Of a DNA stretch of 64,000 bases, positions 37,735 through 49,600 are shown one piece after another. The notes beneath the pieces were generated by a model. That model searched no databases. It was not told where the DNA came from and saw only the letters and a list, made by a program, of their open reading frames with translations. Both the position numbers and the translations under genes were made by a program. The stretch covers positions 12,648,001-12,712,000 of the forward strand of contig NC_047073.1 in the NCBI RefSeq assembly GCF_902459465.1, written 5' to 3'. This stretch comes from Asterias rubens. Lineage: Eukaryota. Each line of letters opens with the position of its first letter. Within the stretch, counting starts at the first letter, position 1.

Positions 37735-38622
37735 AGAGTTCAATTGCATGTCAATGCCGTGCACAATCACAGCTAAACAACTTTAAAGGTTGAGTTGAGT
37801 GATTGTGTTAAACACAAACAAGACAGTTGAGGGCGGTATGCTTACGGGGACTTTCGTACAGTGACGCCAAAAAGGACGTGTGGATCTAGCAAAACAAAAG
37901 GGGAAGATGAACATAATTATTTTTGAAGTGAATTTAAAATTGATAATAGTGGATATGATATACTTGCATAAACAACTTTATTTCATATGCTTTAAGACAT
38001 GTTTGAATGCATAATACGCAGACGCATTGAATAAACCATAATAATTATGTAAATCATAACTCGGCTTAAAATTGTTTCTTTCTTAGCTATACTTCGTTTA
38101 TTGTTCTGGAGTGTTTTTTGTTTTCTTCTTCTTGGAGGGGGTGGGGTGATTAAAGTGAATATTAATTTTGTATTATCCAGTCCATTATCTGTTTTGCACA
38201 CACGCTGTGTTAGCTTCGTTTGAGCGGGTGTGAGCCATATACTTACATAGATTGTACATACAGCGTCTTAAGGCTGTATCAAGACACATTTATTCAGGAT
38301 ATATAATAGTCCTTGTGTTTTACATTTAACTTTTACTCAGATGTAGTTAGAGTAATGTGCAGTATTTTAAAGCAAACATGAAAACGAACACTTTCATCTT
38401 ATAAATGGAAAAACTGTTTTTTGTAAAGAATTGTGAGGTATGCTTACATTTGGGGTAGAAGAAGAACATGTGTTGTGTATAACAAGCTATGCCTGAATAA
38501 AGAATCGGATTGTTTATAAAAAAAATAAGTTTGGTTCATATTTCAGAGAGTTGTTAACAGGCTGATATAAAGCTACAATGGCAGTTAGAGTGTCACAGTC
38601 TGTTTTAATAGTCACAAACTAT

Positions 38623-38986
38623 TTAAAGGCAGTGGACAATATTGGTAATTAGTTAAAATAAAAATCAGCATAAAACCTCACTTGGTAACGAGTAATGGGG
38701 AGAGGTTGATGGTATAAAACATTGTGAGAATTGGCTCCCTCTGAAGTGACGTAGTTTTCGAGAAAGAAGTAATTTAGTAAGTTGAGAACTTGAGGTCTCG
38801 AAATCAACCATCTAAACGCACACAACTACGTGTGACAAGGATGTTTTTTCTTTCATTATTATCTCGCAACTTCGACGACCAATTGAGCTCAAATTTCCAC
38901 AGGTTTGTTATTACATGCATATGTTGAGATACATCAAGTGAGAAGACAGGTCCTTGACAATTACCAATAGTGTCCACTGTCTTTAA
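38623..38986. mobile_element. Kolobok-type MITE family A (intergenic)
   Basis: TIRs and TTAA flanks intact. Confidence 0.85.
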
Positions 38987-39180
38987 ACTGATATTACGGA
39001 TTCAGGAACCCAGTATTAGTGTCGCACCTACTCACAACAACATAATGGTAGGGGTTAATCAATTGGACAATCTTTAATGGGAGTACATTTATTGTTGCAC
39101 TAGCCAAGGGTTTTATTTGAGCAATTTAACAAAATTTAAATACCAACTATAATTGTTTACCATAGAATTGAATTTGAGCA

Positions 39181-39426
39181 TTAAAGGGACATTACAGAAT
39201 TGTGTTTTCTTTTTGCTAACAAAACAGTTGCTGGCAGTGTAAGCACTTTATGTAATCCACCATATACATAATTTGACCAACCTGTAGAAGTTCGAGATCG
39301 ATCGGCCGTCTGGGTCACGAGATAAACATGAAAAACCAATTACAAATTTTGCATTGCATCGAGGCCAAAACAAAAATTAATAAAACGCTTACTGTGTTTC
39401 TTACCAACTCTGTAACGTTCCTTTAA
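39181..39426. mobile_element. Kolobok-type MITE family B
   Basis: TTAA|AGGGACATTACAGA...TCTGTAACGTTCCT|TTAA; related copies at about 33085-33463 (reverse), 44316-44640 and a fragment near 27065-27240 share gatcgatcggcc.tctgggtcac. Confidence 0.75.
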
Positions 39427-40167
39427 GTGTACTGTATAGGGTAGATGGCATTAGCTTTCGATCCGAACTGGACCTTATTTTTAAACGTTTATTTACCGCT
39501 TTTCTTCTTGGACGTTCATTGTACCAGCTAACAATAAACCGTGTTCGATTTCAGCATTATAAATTTGCGTGGTGGGTGTGTTAGATTTATAAGCGTCTCT
39601 TTCTGTAATTTTTTTTTTCTGATGATTTATTATGGCGTAAAAAAAAAATAATAATAAAAAAATAAATAAATAAACCAACAACAACAACAACAAGCCGACA
39701 ATGTTCAAATTATAGGCCTTCTGTGAATTACATTATTAAGAGAAAGATCGCCCCCACTTTTTGAGCACAAAATACCACGATGAATCCAAAAGCGAAAAAA
39801 TTTACTACTAATTTATTGAGTCCAATATTCAACTCTGTTGAGAACTTGCGTCTGTATATACAGAGACGATAAAGGAATTGATAGCTTTCTGCTTATCTCG
39901 ACAATCAGTGTGTGTTCAGTTGTCTTTGAGGAAGTCGCAGTATTTACAAGATGAACAATGGTTGTTTGAATTAGTTTAAATTATCAAAACGTCTTGTGTC
40001 AACTAAAATACAATTACAAAGGATGTTATTTTGTTTTATTCCAACTGCAAAACTGATTTATGAACCGGGCACCATTTTGTCACCACATCCCTGTCGCAGT
40101 CAGCTCTATCAGAGGGGCGTGCTTAAAGTGTGTCATTGAACCACCTCATCAAATGACGGGTCTCTTT

Positions 40168-40556
40168 TTAAAGGCAGTGGACACTGTTGGTAATTGTCAA
40201 AGACTAGCCTTCACAGTTGGTGTATCTCACCATATGCATAAAATAACAAACCTGTGAAAATTTGAGCTCAATCGGTCATCGAACTTGCGAGATAATAATG
40301 AAAGAAAAAAAAGCACCCTTGTCACACGAAGATGTGTGCGTTCAGATGGTTGATTTCGAGACCTCAAGTTCTAAATCTGAGGTCTCGAAATCAAATTCGT
40401 GGAAAATTACTTCTTTCTCGAAAACTACGTCACTTCAGAGGGAGCCGTTTCTCACAATGTTTTATATTATCAACCTCTCCCCATTACTCGTCACCAATAA
40501 AGGTTTTATGATAATAATTATTTTGAGTAATTACCAATAGTGTCCACTTCCTTTAA
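40168..40556. mobile_element. Kolobok-type MITE family A (intergenic)
   Basis: TIRs and TTAA flanks intact. Confidence 0.85.
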
Positions 40557-40689
40557 GCCAAATATATTGCTTACAATTTTTGTAAATTCCAGTATATATG
40601 TTATTATTTAATACTCTCTTTGTATATGGTTATATCAATGCAAAGCTGAACTGTTCCTCTTTAAAATGATATCACATTTGCAATGTATA

Positions 40690-41501
40690 CATGTTGCTGA
40701 ACTTGGCTACACGAATAACAATGAGGCAAAGTCACAAATCAAATGTGCAAAAATTACCGTTGTCTGTGAACGGTCAATAGGTAATGCTCAATAATCAAAC
40801 CGATCAAGCTTTTTAGAACCATAAATGGCTTACAAAATGGTTTGAACCAGTGAGCTCCTCGGACATAAACCCTCATCTCATGAAAAACACCTTGTTTGAT
40901 GGGTATTTGCAAGACGATATTCTACAGCCGAATGCAATCCCATATTTGCAGACTCTTGGATCAAATGCCATCTTTCAAGATGACAACGCTCGCCCCCATC
41001 GAGCCCTACCGTTGACTGACTACCCGAAAAATGTTGGGGTGCACCGGATGGATTGGCCCGCTAACAGTCCAAACCTGAATCCCATGGAACATCTGTTGGA
41101 CCAGCTTGGCATCGCTGTCCACGCCAAAACCACCAACACATCAACTGTGGCTGACCTAACCAGGTTCCTTAATGAAGAATGGAATGCCATCCCTCATCAT
41201 CAGCGCATCACAAGACTTGTGTGCAGCATGAGAAGGTGCCAGGCTGTCATCAACGCCTTCGGATCATCCACTTGTTACTGAACTTTTTGATTCAATAAAG
41301 TGTATTAAGATCAGTAAGTTGTCTTGCTCTATACCAAACGTCTTGTCTCAATAAAGTGGATTATGATCAGGAAGTTGTCTTGCTTGTTTGAATTACAGTG
41401 TCAAGTTGATTGTTCACACAGTAACACAAATTTCTAATTTTGGCACATTTGATTTGTGACGTTGTCTCATTCTCATTAACGTGGTCAAGTCCAGCAACAT
41501 A
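40690..41501 (+). mobile_element. Internally deleted Tc1/mariner transposon
   Basis: TA flanks; imperfect TIRs of about 60 bp (catgttgctgaacttgg...gtcacaaatcaaatgtgc / reverse at about 41440-41501); ORF remnant 40850-41281 with FQDDNARPHRA...DWPANSPNLNPMEHL (Tc1 catalytic C-terminus, SPDL changed to SPNL). Confidence 0.88.
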
Positions 41502-41569
41502 TATACCATATACAAAGAGAGTATTAAATAATAACAAGTATACTGGATTAACAAAAAGTTTCCTTACTT

Positions 41570-41886
41570 TTTGTGAGCAGTTTATATCAAATAACAAACC
41601 TGTGAAAATTTAGGCTCAATCGGTCATCGGAGTCGGGAGAAAATAACGGGAAAACACACCCTCGTATCCGCGCGTTTCGCCGTGTCATGACATGTGTTTT
41701 CAAGAAATCCGTAATTCTCGACAACGAGAATTGATATTGTTTTACTGTTTTCTCAAAAAGTAAAGCATTTCATGGAATAATATTTCAAGAGAAGTCTTTC
41801 ACCACTACCTTCTGTAAACCCTGTTAGTTATTTGTAAATCTGTGAACTTTTTTGTGTCTGTACCGAAAGGGTCCAATGGCTTTTAA
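41570..41886. mobile_element. Kolobok-type MITE family C, left end missing
   Basis: Ends ccgaaagggtccaatggct; body nearly identical to 57671-57998. Confidence 0.75.
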
Positions 41887-42021
41887 ATTAACTCATCTCA
41901 CTCAATCGTGTACTTGTTAGTGTGGTCTTCTGCGTAACAATGCTATATGCGTGACATGGTATGATGGAACACTATACTGCTATTTTATCCCATTATAGCA
42001 GAACTTACATTTTGTTACCTG

Positions 42022-42250
42022 GGCCCAATTTCATAGAAGTGCTAAGCACAATAACTTGCTCAGCATGACTTTTCTTCATTAATAAAAACAAGATTACCAA
42101 CCAAGTTTCCGTTTGTTGAATATTGCTGGTTACTGATTCAGCTGCTGAAAGTCACGTGAAAATTAGTTGGCAATCCTGTTTTTATCAAGGCAAACATTTC
42201 ATGCTGAGCACATTTTTGTGTTGAGCAGCTCTATGAAAATGGTGCGCCCC
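42022..42250. mobile_element. PIF/Harbinger-like MITE, diverged copy
   Basis: ggcccaatttcatag...agcagctctatgaaaatgg. Confidence 0.7.
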
Positions 42251-43508
42251 GGTGCACCCCTTGTTGAATAGCCTAAACAAAAATTAATGTAGACACGCCC
42301 TCTAGATCAAAGTAAGCAAAGATTCCTGCATCATCGTCGGGTTTATCGAGCAGCTTCATTTAACCATCTCGTGTTAATTGTTCTGTTCAATTCAATATAT
42401 AAATTTATTTCAATGTTGATCTATAGATTAAAACATCTCAGAAATTCTACCTTTACGCGTATTACAATAATGTGTCGTTTCAATATTTGGCTTCACAAAT
42501 GAGAAAAAATGGCTCAAAACCAAGAAATCTAAGTCAACGAATTGTTCTTGAAGAGTGAGGTGACTTTTACCAACCTACAAGAGATTCAAATTTGACAAAG
42601 ACATCAGTTATAGCATGCATTAGAAAGATCGTAAATGTTAAACTTGTCGTATTAGTATAGATTTGATCAAATGGATAATGACTTTGTCTTCTATTCTGAT
42701 GTTAGAACAGTGTTAACACGTACACAACGAGTTAAAACAAATTGTCACCAATTTGTTGTTCTTCTTGTTTGTCAAAGGATTCGTAGGAATTTATGATTAA
42801 TTTATTCACCACAATAATATTAATATTGCAAAGAAATATATTTTTGTTTTGTTTCTGTGTTCGCTGCCGGCCCTGCGCTGCGTACTGATTTGTTTGTATT
42901 ACTCAGCCTTTCTATGTACAAATTATCTGATGGGCTTGTGTCGACCTCCCTTTTTGACAAGGAAGATGATGTCAGGTAGGTCACATAACTTCTGATCTAC
43001 TAACAATATTGAGATTAGATCATTCCTCTCATTTCATTAATTGGTCAAGTCATACGCCTTTCAAAAGGCAAGATGTTTACCAAAAAATTTTGTGGTAAAT
43101 TGTATTCCCTTATTCCCGGTTCGTTTTGCTGTCAATTTTAATTCTGGGAGCAACAAATTGTAATAAAATGTATCCCGTTTCATGCTAAATGAACGTTTGC
43201 ATGCGTATTCATGTATAAATCTGGTTCAATGTCTTAGCTAGACTAATTGAGGAACCATGGTATTCTAATGATGTGCAATTCAAAAGCAACATTTCCGGAA
43301 TTTATGTTTTGATAACATCTTTTAAAAAAACAACATACACCAGGATTGCCTGCCCTTTTCTCAAAGGAGGAACTATCCAAGTTGTTTAACAACGATTAAG
43401 CAAATTTGGCAGATGGTCAACTTTCACAATCTTCATCTAAAAAATAATAATTATCCTTCATTGGTCAACAATAAATTCCATAAGTTCCTTATTCAATTGT
43501 ATGAGTAA

Positions 43509-43514
43509 TATAAA
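43509..43514 (+). promoter_or_regulatory. Possible TATA box of gene 2
   Basis: TATAAA about 70 nt upstream of the ATG. The motif is common in AT-rich DNA, and a ttacag just before the ATG could instead be an acceptor for an upstream UTR exon. Confidence 0.25.
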
Positions 43515-43582
43515 TGATGTTCCTTCTCAGAGTGGATTACAATAGGCAAGAGGGAGCAGTCAGTGTCGCCTTACAGACAGTC

Positions 43583-43643
43583 ATGGCGGGACAACTTCAT
43601 GTGAAACTCAAGCTGCTTTTCATATTGTTAGGAGTGTTTGAAG
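43583..43643 (+). CDS. Gene 2 first coding exon: signal peptide
   Basis: acagtcATGG context; MAGQLHVKLKLLFILLGVFE then G|gtatag phase-1 donor, splicing in frame to G-VSA-VVDF; plausible cleavage after VSA. Confidence 0.8.
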
Positions 43644-46600
43644 GTATAGTCCTTTCTTTATAGTTTGTTGTTTACGCTTTCTTGAATGTCATGACGTCGC
43701 CATGATATTAAAAAGGAAACAATCGTAAACTTAAATAAAAGGGTTAAATCTTAGCTGCAAGTTTTAATAGTCACTACTTACTGTTTTATATATATATAAA
43801 AAGTATTTAAGTTGTTTTCCAAATGTTTTTATTTTTATTTTTACATAAAATATTGCAAGAGGAAAACAGTGCACTTTTGGTGCACTTTTAAAAATGTTGC
43901 TGACATGTATAACTGTAAGCAACATTTAACATAATGCGTTAAGTGTTAGCATTTACATTGTGTGGTATATGAGCACGCAGGGGGGCCCTGATTGTATCTT
44001 TGTGCGAAACCCTTGGTGGAGATTGAGTGGGGGGGAGATTCACAAGAACGTTTTTTGGTTTAAGCATGTCCTGAGTGGCTCGTTGACAAGCTCTACATTC
44101 AAATAAATATTTACTTACATACTATGTTAAAAGATCTTGGATTTGGTTTTATTCTCGGAAGCTTTTGGATTTTGACATTGTATGACCAGGGATGACTCTC
44201 CATCTGTGCGCTTGATAACCGTTGTTTGTATTCTGTGTTGTTAGTGGCTCTGTGTGTGCGTCTTGATTTACATATACTCTTGTCCAAAGTAGGCACATTG
44301 GTTGCACACCTTAGTTTAAAGGAACATTACAGTATCGGTTTTGCTACAAACAAAAAAACAGTTATGGCAGTGTCAGCACTTTATGTAATACACCATACAT
44401 AAACTGACAAACCTGAAGAAGTTTGAGATCGATCGGCCATCTGGGTCACCAGAAAATAGTAACAGACGATTACACGTAAATTTGCATGGCAATGATGCAA
44501 AACAAAAATAATAATAACACGCTCACTGAGCGATAAACTCCAAACGCATAGCTAAATTTATTTCTCATCAAATTATGACATTTCAGTGAGAAATATTTCA
44601 AGGCGGCAACACGTTAAGCATTCGTTAATGGAACCTTTTTTGTTCCTTGAAACTAGCCGAAATGGGGATAAAACAAGAACAAAGTTCAAGTTACCCTGCC
44701 CTGCCCCAAACAAACGTTGTTGTAGGCACATTGTTTTCGAGCACACAGAATTATCGCAAATGTATAAAATATGGCATGTCAAACAATTTAAAGCTTAATA
44801 TAAATCGAATTTATAAAAAAAAAAAAAAAAAAAAAAACATAAAAAAAAAATGCAACCGAGTGTTTCATACGCGGGATTTTTGGTTAACCTTGCCCTCGTG
44901 AATGGGTCTTTATTTTCTTCCGAACAAAACGAAACGTTTGATTCTTGGACGGTTATGAGCTTTTTTTGTAACTTGGCATTTTTGTCCATATTTACACTGC
45001 TTGAAAATGTCCATTGTTGACATGAGGAATGCAAAAGTGTTGAAATCGACGTATTTATGTGTTGTTAAGTACGCACTGTAACAGCAGAACATAAATGTTC
45101 GAGACCGTCCAAGTTGATATCGAAATTTGAATATCGTATATTGCTAAACATCTTGCATTTCTAGCTTCTAGAATAGTTACATACAAAAATATATTGTATG
45201 AGCTATTTACAAGCCAGGGCACTATACATAAGGTTCATTTTTCTGCCCGTCGGATTCCTTTCCAGACTGTCTTCTCTAACCGGGAGAACACGAATACATC
45301 TTCAATATTGTATACAATAACACGTTTTCAATAACACGGTTTTGAATTAGAAAGACTTGTTTAGAACGTTCTCCTTCTGTTGTCCACTCTTTGGAGGCTT
45401 TTTACTTGTGTTCTAAAATTAAATAATCAAATTCACACTACTTTCGCTCTTAAGAATTTATACCAAAATGCACATTTTGTTCATCACTGCTTTCTATGTA
45501 GTTTATTTATTCATAGGCAGTGGACACTATTGGTAATTACTTTAAAAAATCATCATTATAAAACCTTTCTTGATTACGAGTAATGGGGAGAGGTTGATAA
45601 AATAAACTTTCTGAGAAACAGCTCCCTCTGAAGTGACGTAGTTTTCGAGAAAGAAGTCATTTTTCACGAATTCGATTTCGAGACCTCAGATTTAGAATTT
45701 GAGGTCTCGAAATCAAGCATCTGAAAGCACACAACTTTGTTTGACCATGGTGCGACAAGGGTGTTTTTTCTTTCATTATTATCTCGCAACTTTGACATAA
45801 CAACCGAATGAGCTCAAATTTTCAGAGGTTTGTTATTATATGTTTATGTTGAGATACATTAAGTGAGAAGACTGGTCTTTGACAATTACAACACGTGCTC
45901 AGTGGCTTTAACTATTAATGGTTTGATCTGTGTCACTAAACAACAATTTTTTCAAAATACAAATAACAATATTGCATTAAAATAATAGTACACATTTTGA
46001 AAACTATTGTTGCTTTTTGGTCGCGGTTTAACCTTGTTCTAATCGTACAAATGTTGTTGTGCATAACAACAACAAAATATAGTTTGTAGTGCCGTTTTTT
46101 TTTTTTTTTATAAAACCTCGCAATACAAGCAGTTTACAAAATCCATGTTTAAAGGGAGGGTACACGTTTGGTAATTGTCAAAGACCAGTCTTTTTCACAA
46201 GCCTGTGAAAATTTGGGCTCAATTGGTCATTGAAAATGCGAGAAAATATATGATAGAAAAAAACACCCTTGTTGGACGAACTTGTGTGCTTTCAGATAAG
46301 AATAAAATACCTCTAGCTAGAAGTATTTTATTATTTTAGTGAGAAATTACCTCTTTCTCAAAAAATACGTTACTTCAGTGGGAGTCGTTTCCCACAATGT
46401 TTTATATTATTAACATCTCCCCAATGTTCGTTACCAAGTCAGTTTTTAAGTTAATATTTGTTTTGAGTAATTACCAAACATGTACTTTCCCTCAAACTTG
46501 TTTTCAGGCGTGTCAGCAGTGGTAGACTTTACCAGCGTGACAGCTTCTGGCCCTTCGAGTCCGTATAACAACCTACACGTATTCATTGCAAGTTATTTGG

Positions 46601-49600
46601 TGACTGGTGATGAGCCCACAGCAACCAAAAAAGAAGAGCTTGGTTTAACACGATTCATACGGACGGGTACAGGTACCGACATGACTGGGTGGACGAATTC
46701 TTCTGATTCTTTACCATCGACATTGCCAGACAATGTAAAGAGTAAGATATATAAAGTTCCCAATGCCACTACAGGAAGCGTCGGTGTGTTCGAATGGAGG
46801 TATGGCTCTAACACAGTGAAAACGATACGGATGAGATCCACAGGTGAGTGATTCAAATAAACAAAACATATAATGATTTATAATAAAAGTTGTGTCCTGG
46901 CCAGCAAAACTTTGCCTTCAAAATAAGGCATACTATTTACATCGATAATTAAGGTTAATAGTTGTTAATAGCACAATTCATATGAAATCAACCTGCACAA
47001 ACTGGGTTGTCATTGTTTAAATGAAAAAGGGAATCAACATTAACATCAATATTGTCTTAAATGTTGTTCTAACACATGACGTCAATTTTAACACCCCAGA
47101 TTTGCAGGGCAGGAACATAAAATCAAAATTATTATAATGAAACCACAGTTTTAAGTGATCATCCTTAACACGATTCTAATGCGACAAAACAGACATTCTG
47201 GACATTGTCATAATAATTGTTTAAGAACGTTGCGAAGTAAGCATTGTGAAGGCCAATGTTCTAGTGCAAATGTTGGCATATATTATATTTTACGTAAACG
47301 ATTTCCAACAATAACCAAGTTTCTGCGTGTTCGGTGTGACTAACTAAGTGCTCAATAGCTTCGATACTTCAACTATAAATCTCAAATCCGAGACTTGAAC
47401 AGGTACTTTTTAACGAGAATGCTATTTAAACTTATTTATGGCGTGTTTGTTTACCATTTAAATGTGATATTTATATTGATTGTAGGCATACACTTGTATT
47501 TTTTGTAATTGTCGATCGAGAATTTAGGAAGTTATTCCGGTGCCCTCCCTCGTATAAATTACATACCCAGTTTTAACGTTTTATGTTTGGCATTGTATGG
47601 ATCATGATTGTATCCATGAATGTTTTGTTTATTATCGGTAGCGTCGAGTGTGAACAATTTGCGATTTCAAACGAAGACTTTATTTCAACCGCTAATAATA
47701 TTTCGCTAAAAGACACAGGACATATTTGGTAATATTGTCAAAGACCAGTCAATTTGAGCTAAATTGGTCGTCGAAGTTTCGAGATAATAGTGGAAGAAAA
47801 AATAACCTTGTCAACGTTGTATACTAACAGCAGCTCTCCATTGCTCATTACCAAGTAAGTTATTATGGCAGCATTTATATTGAGTAGTTACCAATAGTGT
47901 CCTGTGCCTTTAAGTAATTTTGTGTGCTCGATTTTTTTTCTTCTGCTCTAGCAATAAAATATTTCTTGCACTCGAACTAACTGTTTGAATTCGAAGTAAT
48001 TATTCCGTGTGCACAAAGATTCACCAGTTCGTGAAATTTGGGTAGTTTCTCGATTTGTAGACGTTAGTTCATTAAAATGTCCCACAATTGCTAAAATTAG
48101 GGGTATATCTTCCATTTTGCCTTGGAAATAAATTACTTTATTGACATTCAAGTGGTGTATTTTGATCGTCAACGTTGGTTTCATAACAGAAAAACCCGAA
48201 CACAATTACTTTACAATATTTCTCTCTTAAACATTCTCCCACACGCAAATACTTACATAAATGAATAGACAATGTCCTACTCTAAAATAGTGTAGTTGGT
48301 TTGTGCCTAATTTTGTGTAGTCCAGTCAGAGTGCAAAATATGCTGACGCTAATTAAACGCATCGTAACGTAAAAGGCCGCCATGATTGTACATGTAATTC
48401 CCGTATTCTGATTGGTGGAGACGGGTAGTGTGGGTGGCCCGGATGTCGCAAGAATCAATTTTAATCATTTTCCGATTGGTCACCGGTCAGAATCAGAATG
48501 AACCTTGTTTAAACGCTTTTATCGTGTATCTTTGTTGTCTTGTTCAATACTGAAACAAGCAACCTTAATAATTTCGTTCGCTTCTGAATCGAAACAATCC
48601 TCATACCTAATTACGGTATTGCAGGCTTTGTACATAATTATTCTCAAAACTTGATGATGTTGGATCCAAAAGTTTTCCAGAGAATTGGAGTGAATGCGTC
48701 AATCATGTATAACGCTTTAAATCAATATTGTGTGTGTCATTATCAGCTGCAACAACTCGAGGGACTTGCCACTGCTGGGTAGAACACCTTCATCTTATTT
48801 AATTGCAAAATGTCATTTTCAGCTTTTGTTCAATTGTTTTTAGTCAACATAAAATGTGAACTTTCCACAAAAAAAAACATAAAGAAAGTACAAATTTAAA
48901 GCTTGGAAATAATGTGTACTTTTCGCGAAAACGTCTTAAAACTTAAAAGTTTATGCTAAATTTCTCAGACGGGTAATTAAAAGAAATATTTGTAAAGCTT
49001 CCATTTTTTTTTCTTTGCATAATATGTCTCGGCGGCACCCTAGCATCTGTATAATATGTAGCCCTCAATTAAAGTAAACTGTCAAGTAACCCTCAAGTAA
49101 AGTAAAACATGTAGCCCTACAGTACGCAAACTAAACTATCGACCTAAATAAAACAAAATAAAATATGCAATTTTTCGTCTAAAACAAAATGAATCACTAA
49201 AGCACTAAATGGTCATTATACACTAGGTTTAAATTAGTATAAGCCACCAAACAAGTAAGAGTCCAATCAATTATAGACACGAAGTTTGTTTCCATTGTAG
49301 TAACTGGGTATATAGTTATCCTAAAAACGTAATGTTATTGTGCCATTAACAACGTGCCGTTAATGACAATGTGAGCTTAATCATTCCGTCTGTTTTTTTT
49401 TTTTTTTTGGGGGGGGGGGGGCGCTTAATTTGACATCCACAGCATCCCTTGTACCAGCCTTCGTAAGCCGTACTGTCAACATCGGCGATGATGTTGCTCT
49501 GACCGTTACCAGAAACACAGAGGATATAACGATTTCAAAAAGCAAATGGAAGAAAGACAACGGTATTACGATGAACGCGGACATCCTGGACTTCAACATA

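Noticed and set aside
40262-40540. Recurring short ORFs of the type [26 protein letters not shown] (also 15740, 30880, 31832, 34741)
   Set aside because: Translations of the same non-autonomous MITE family; stops and indels vary between copies.
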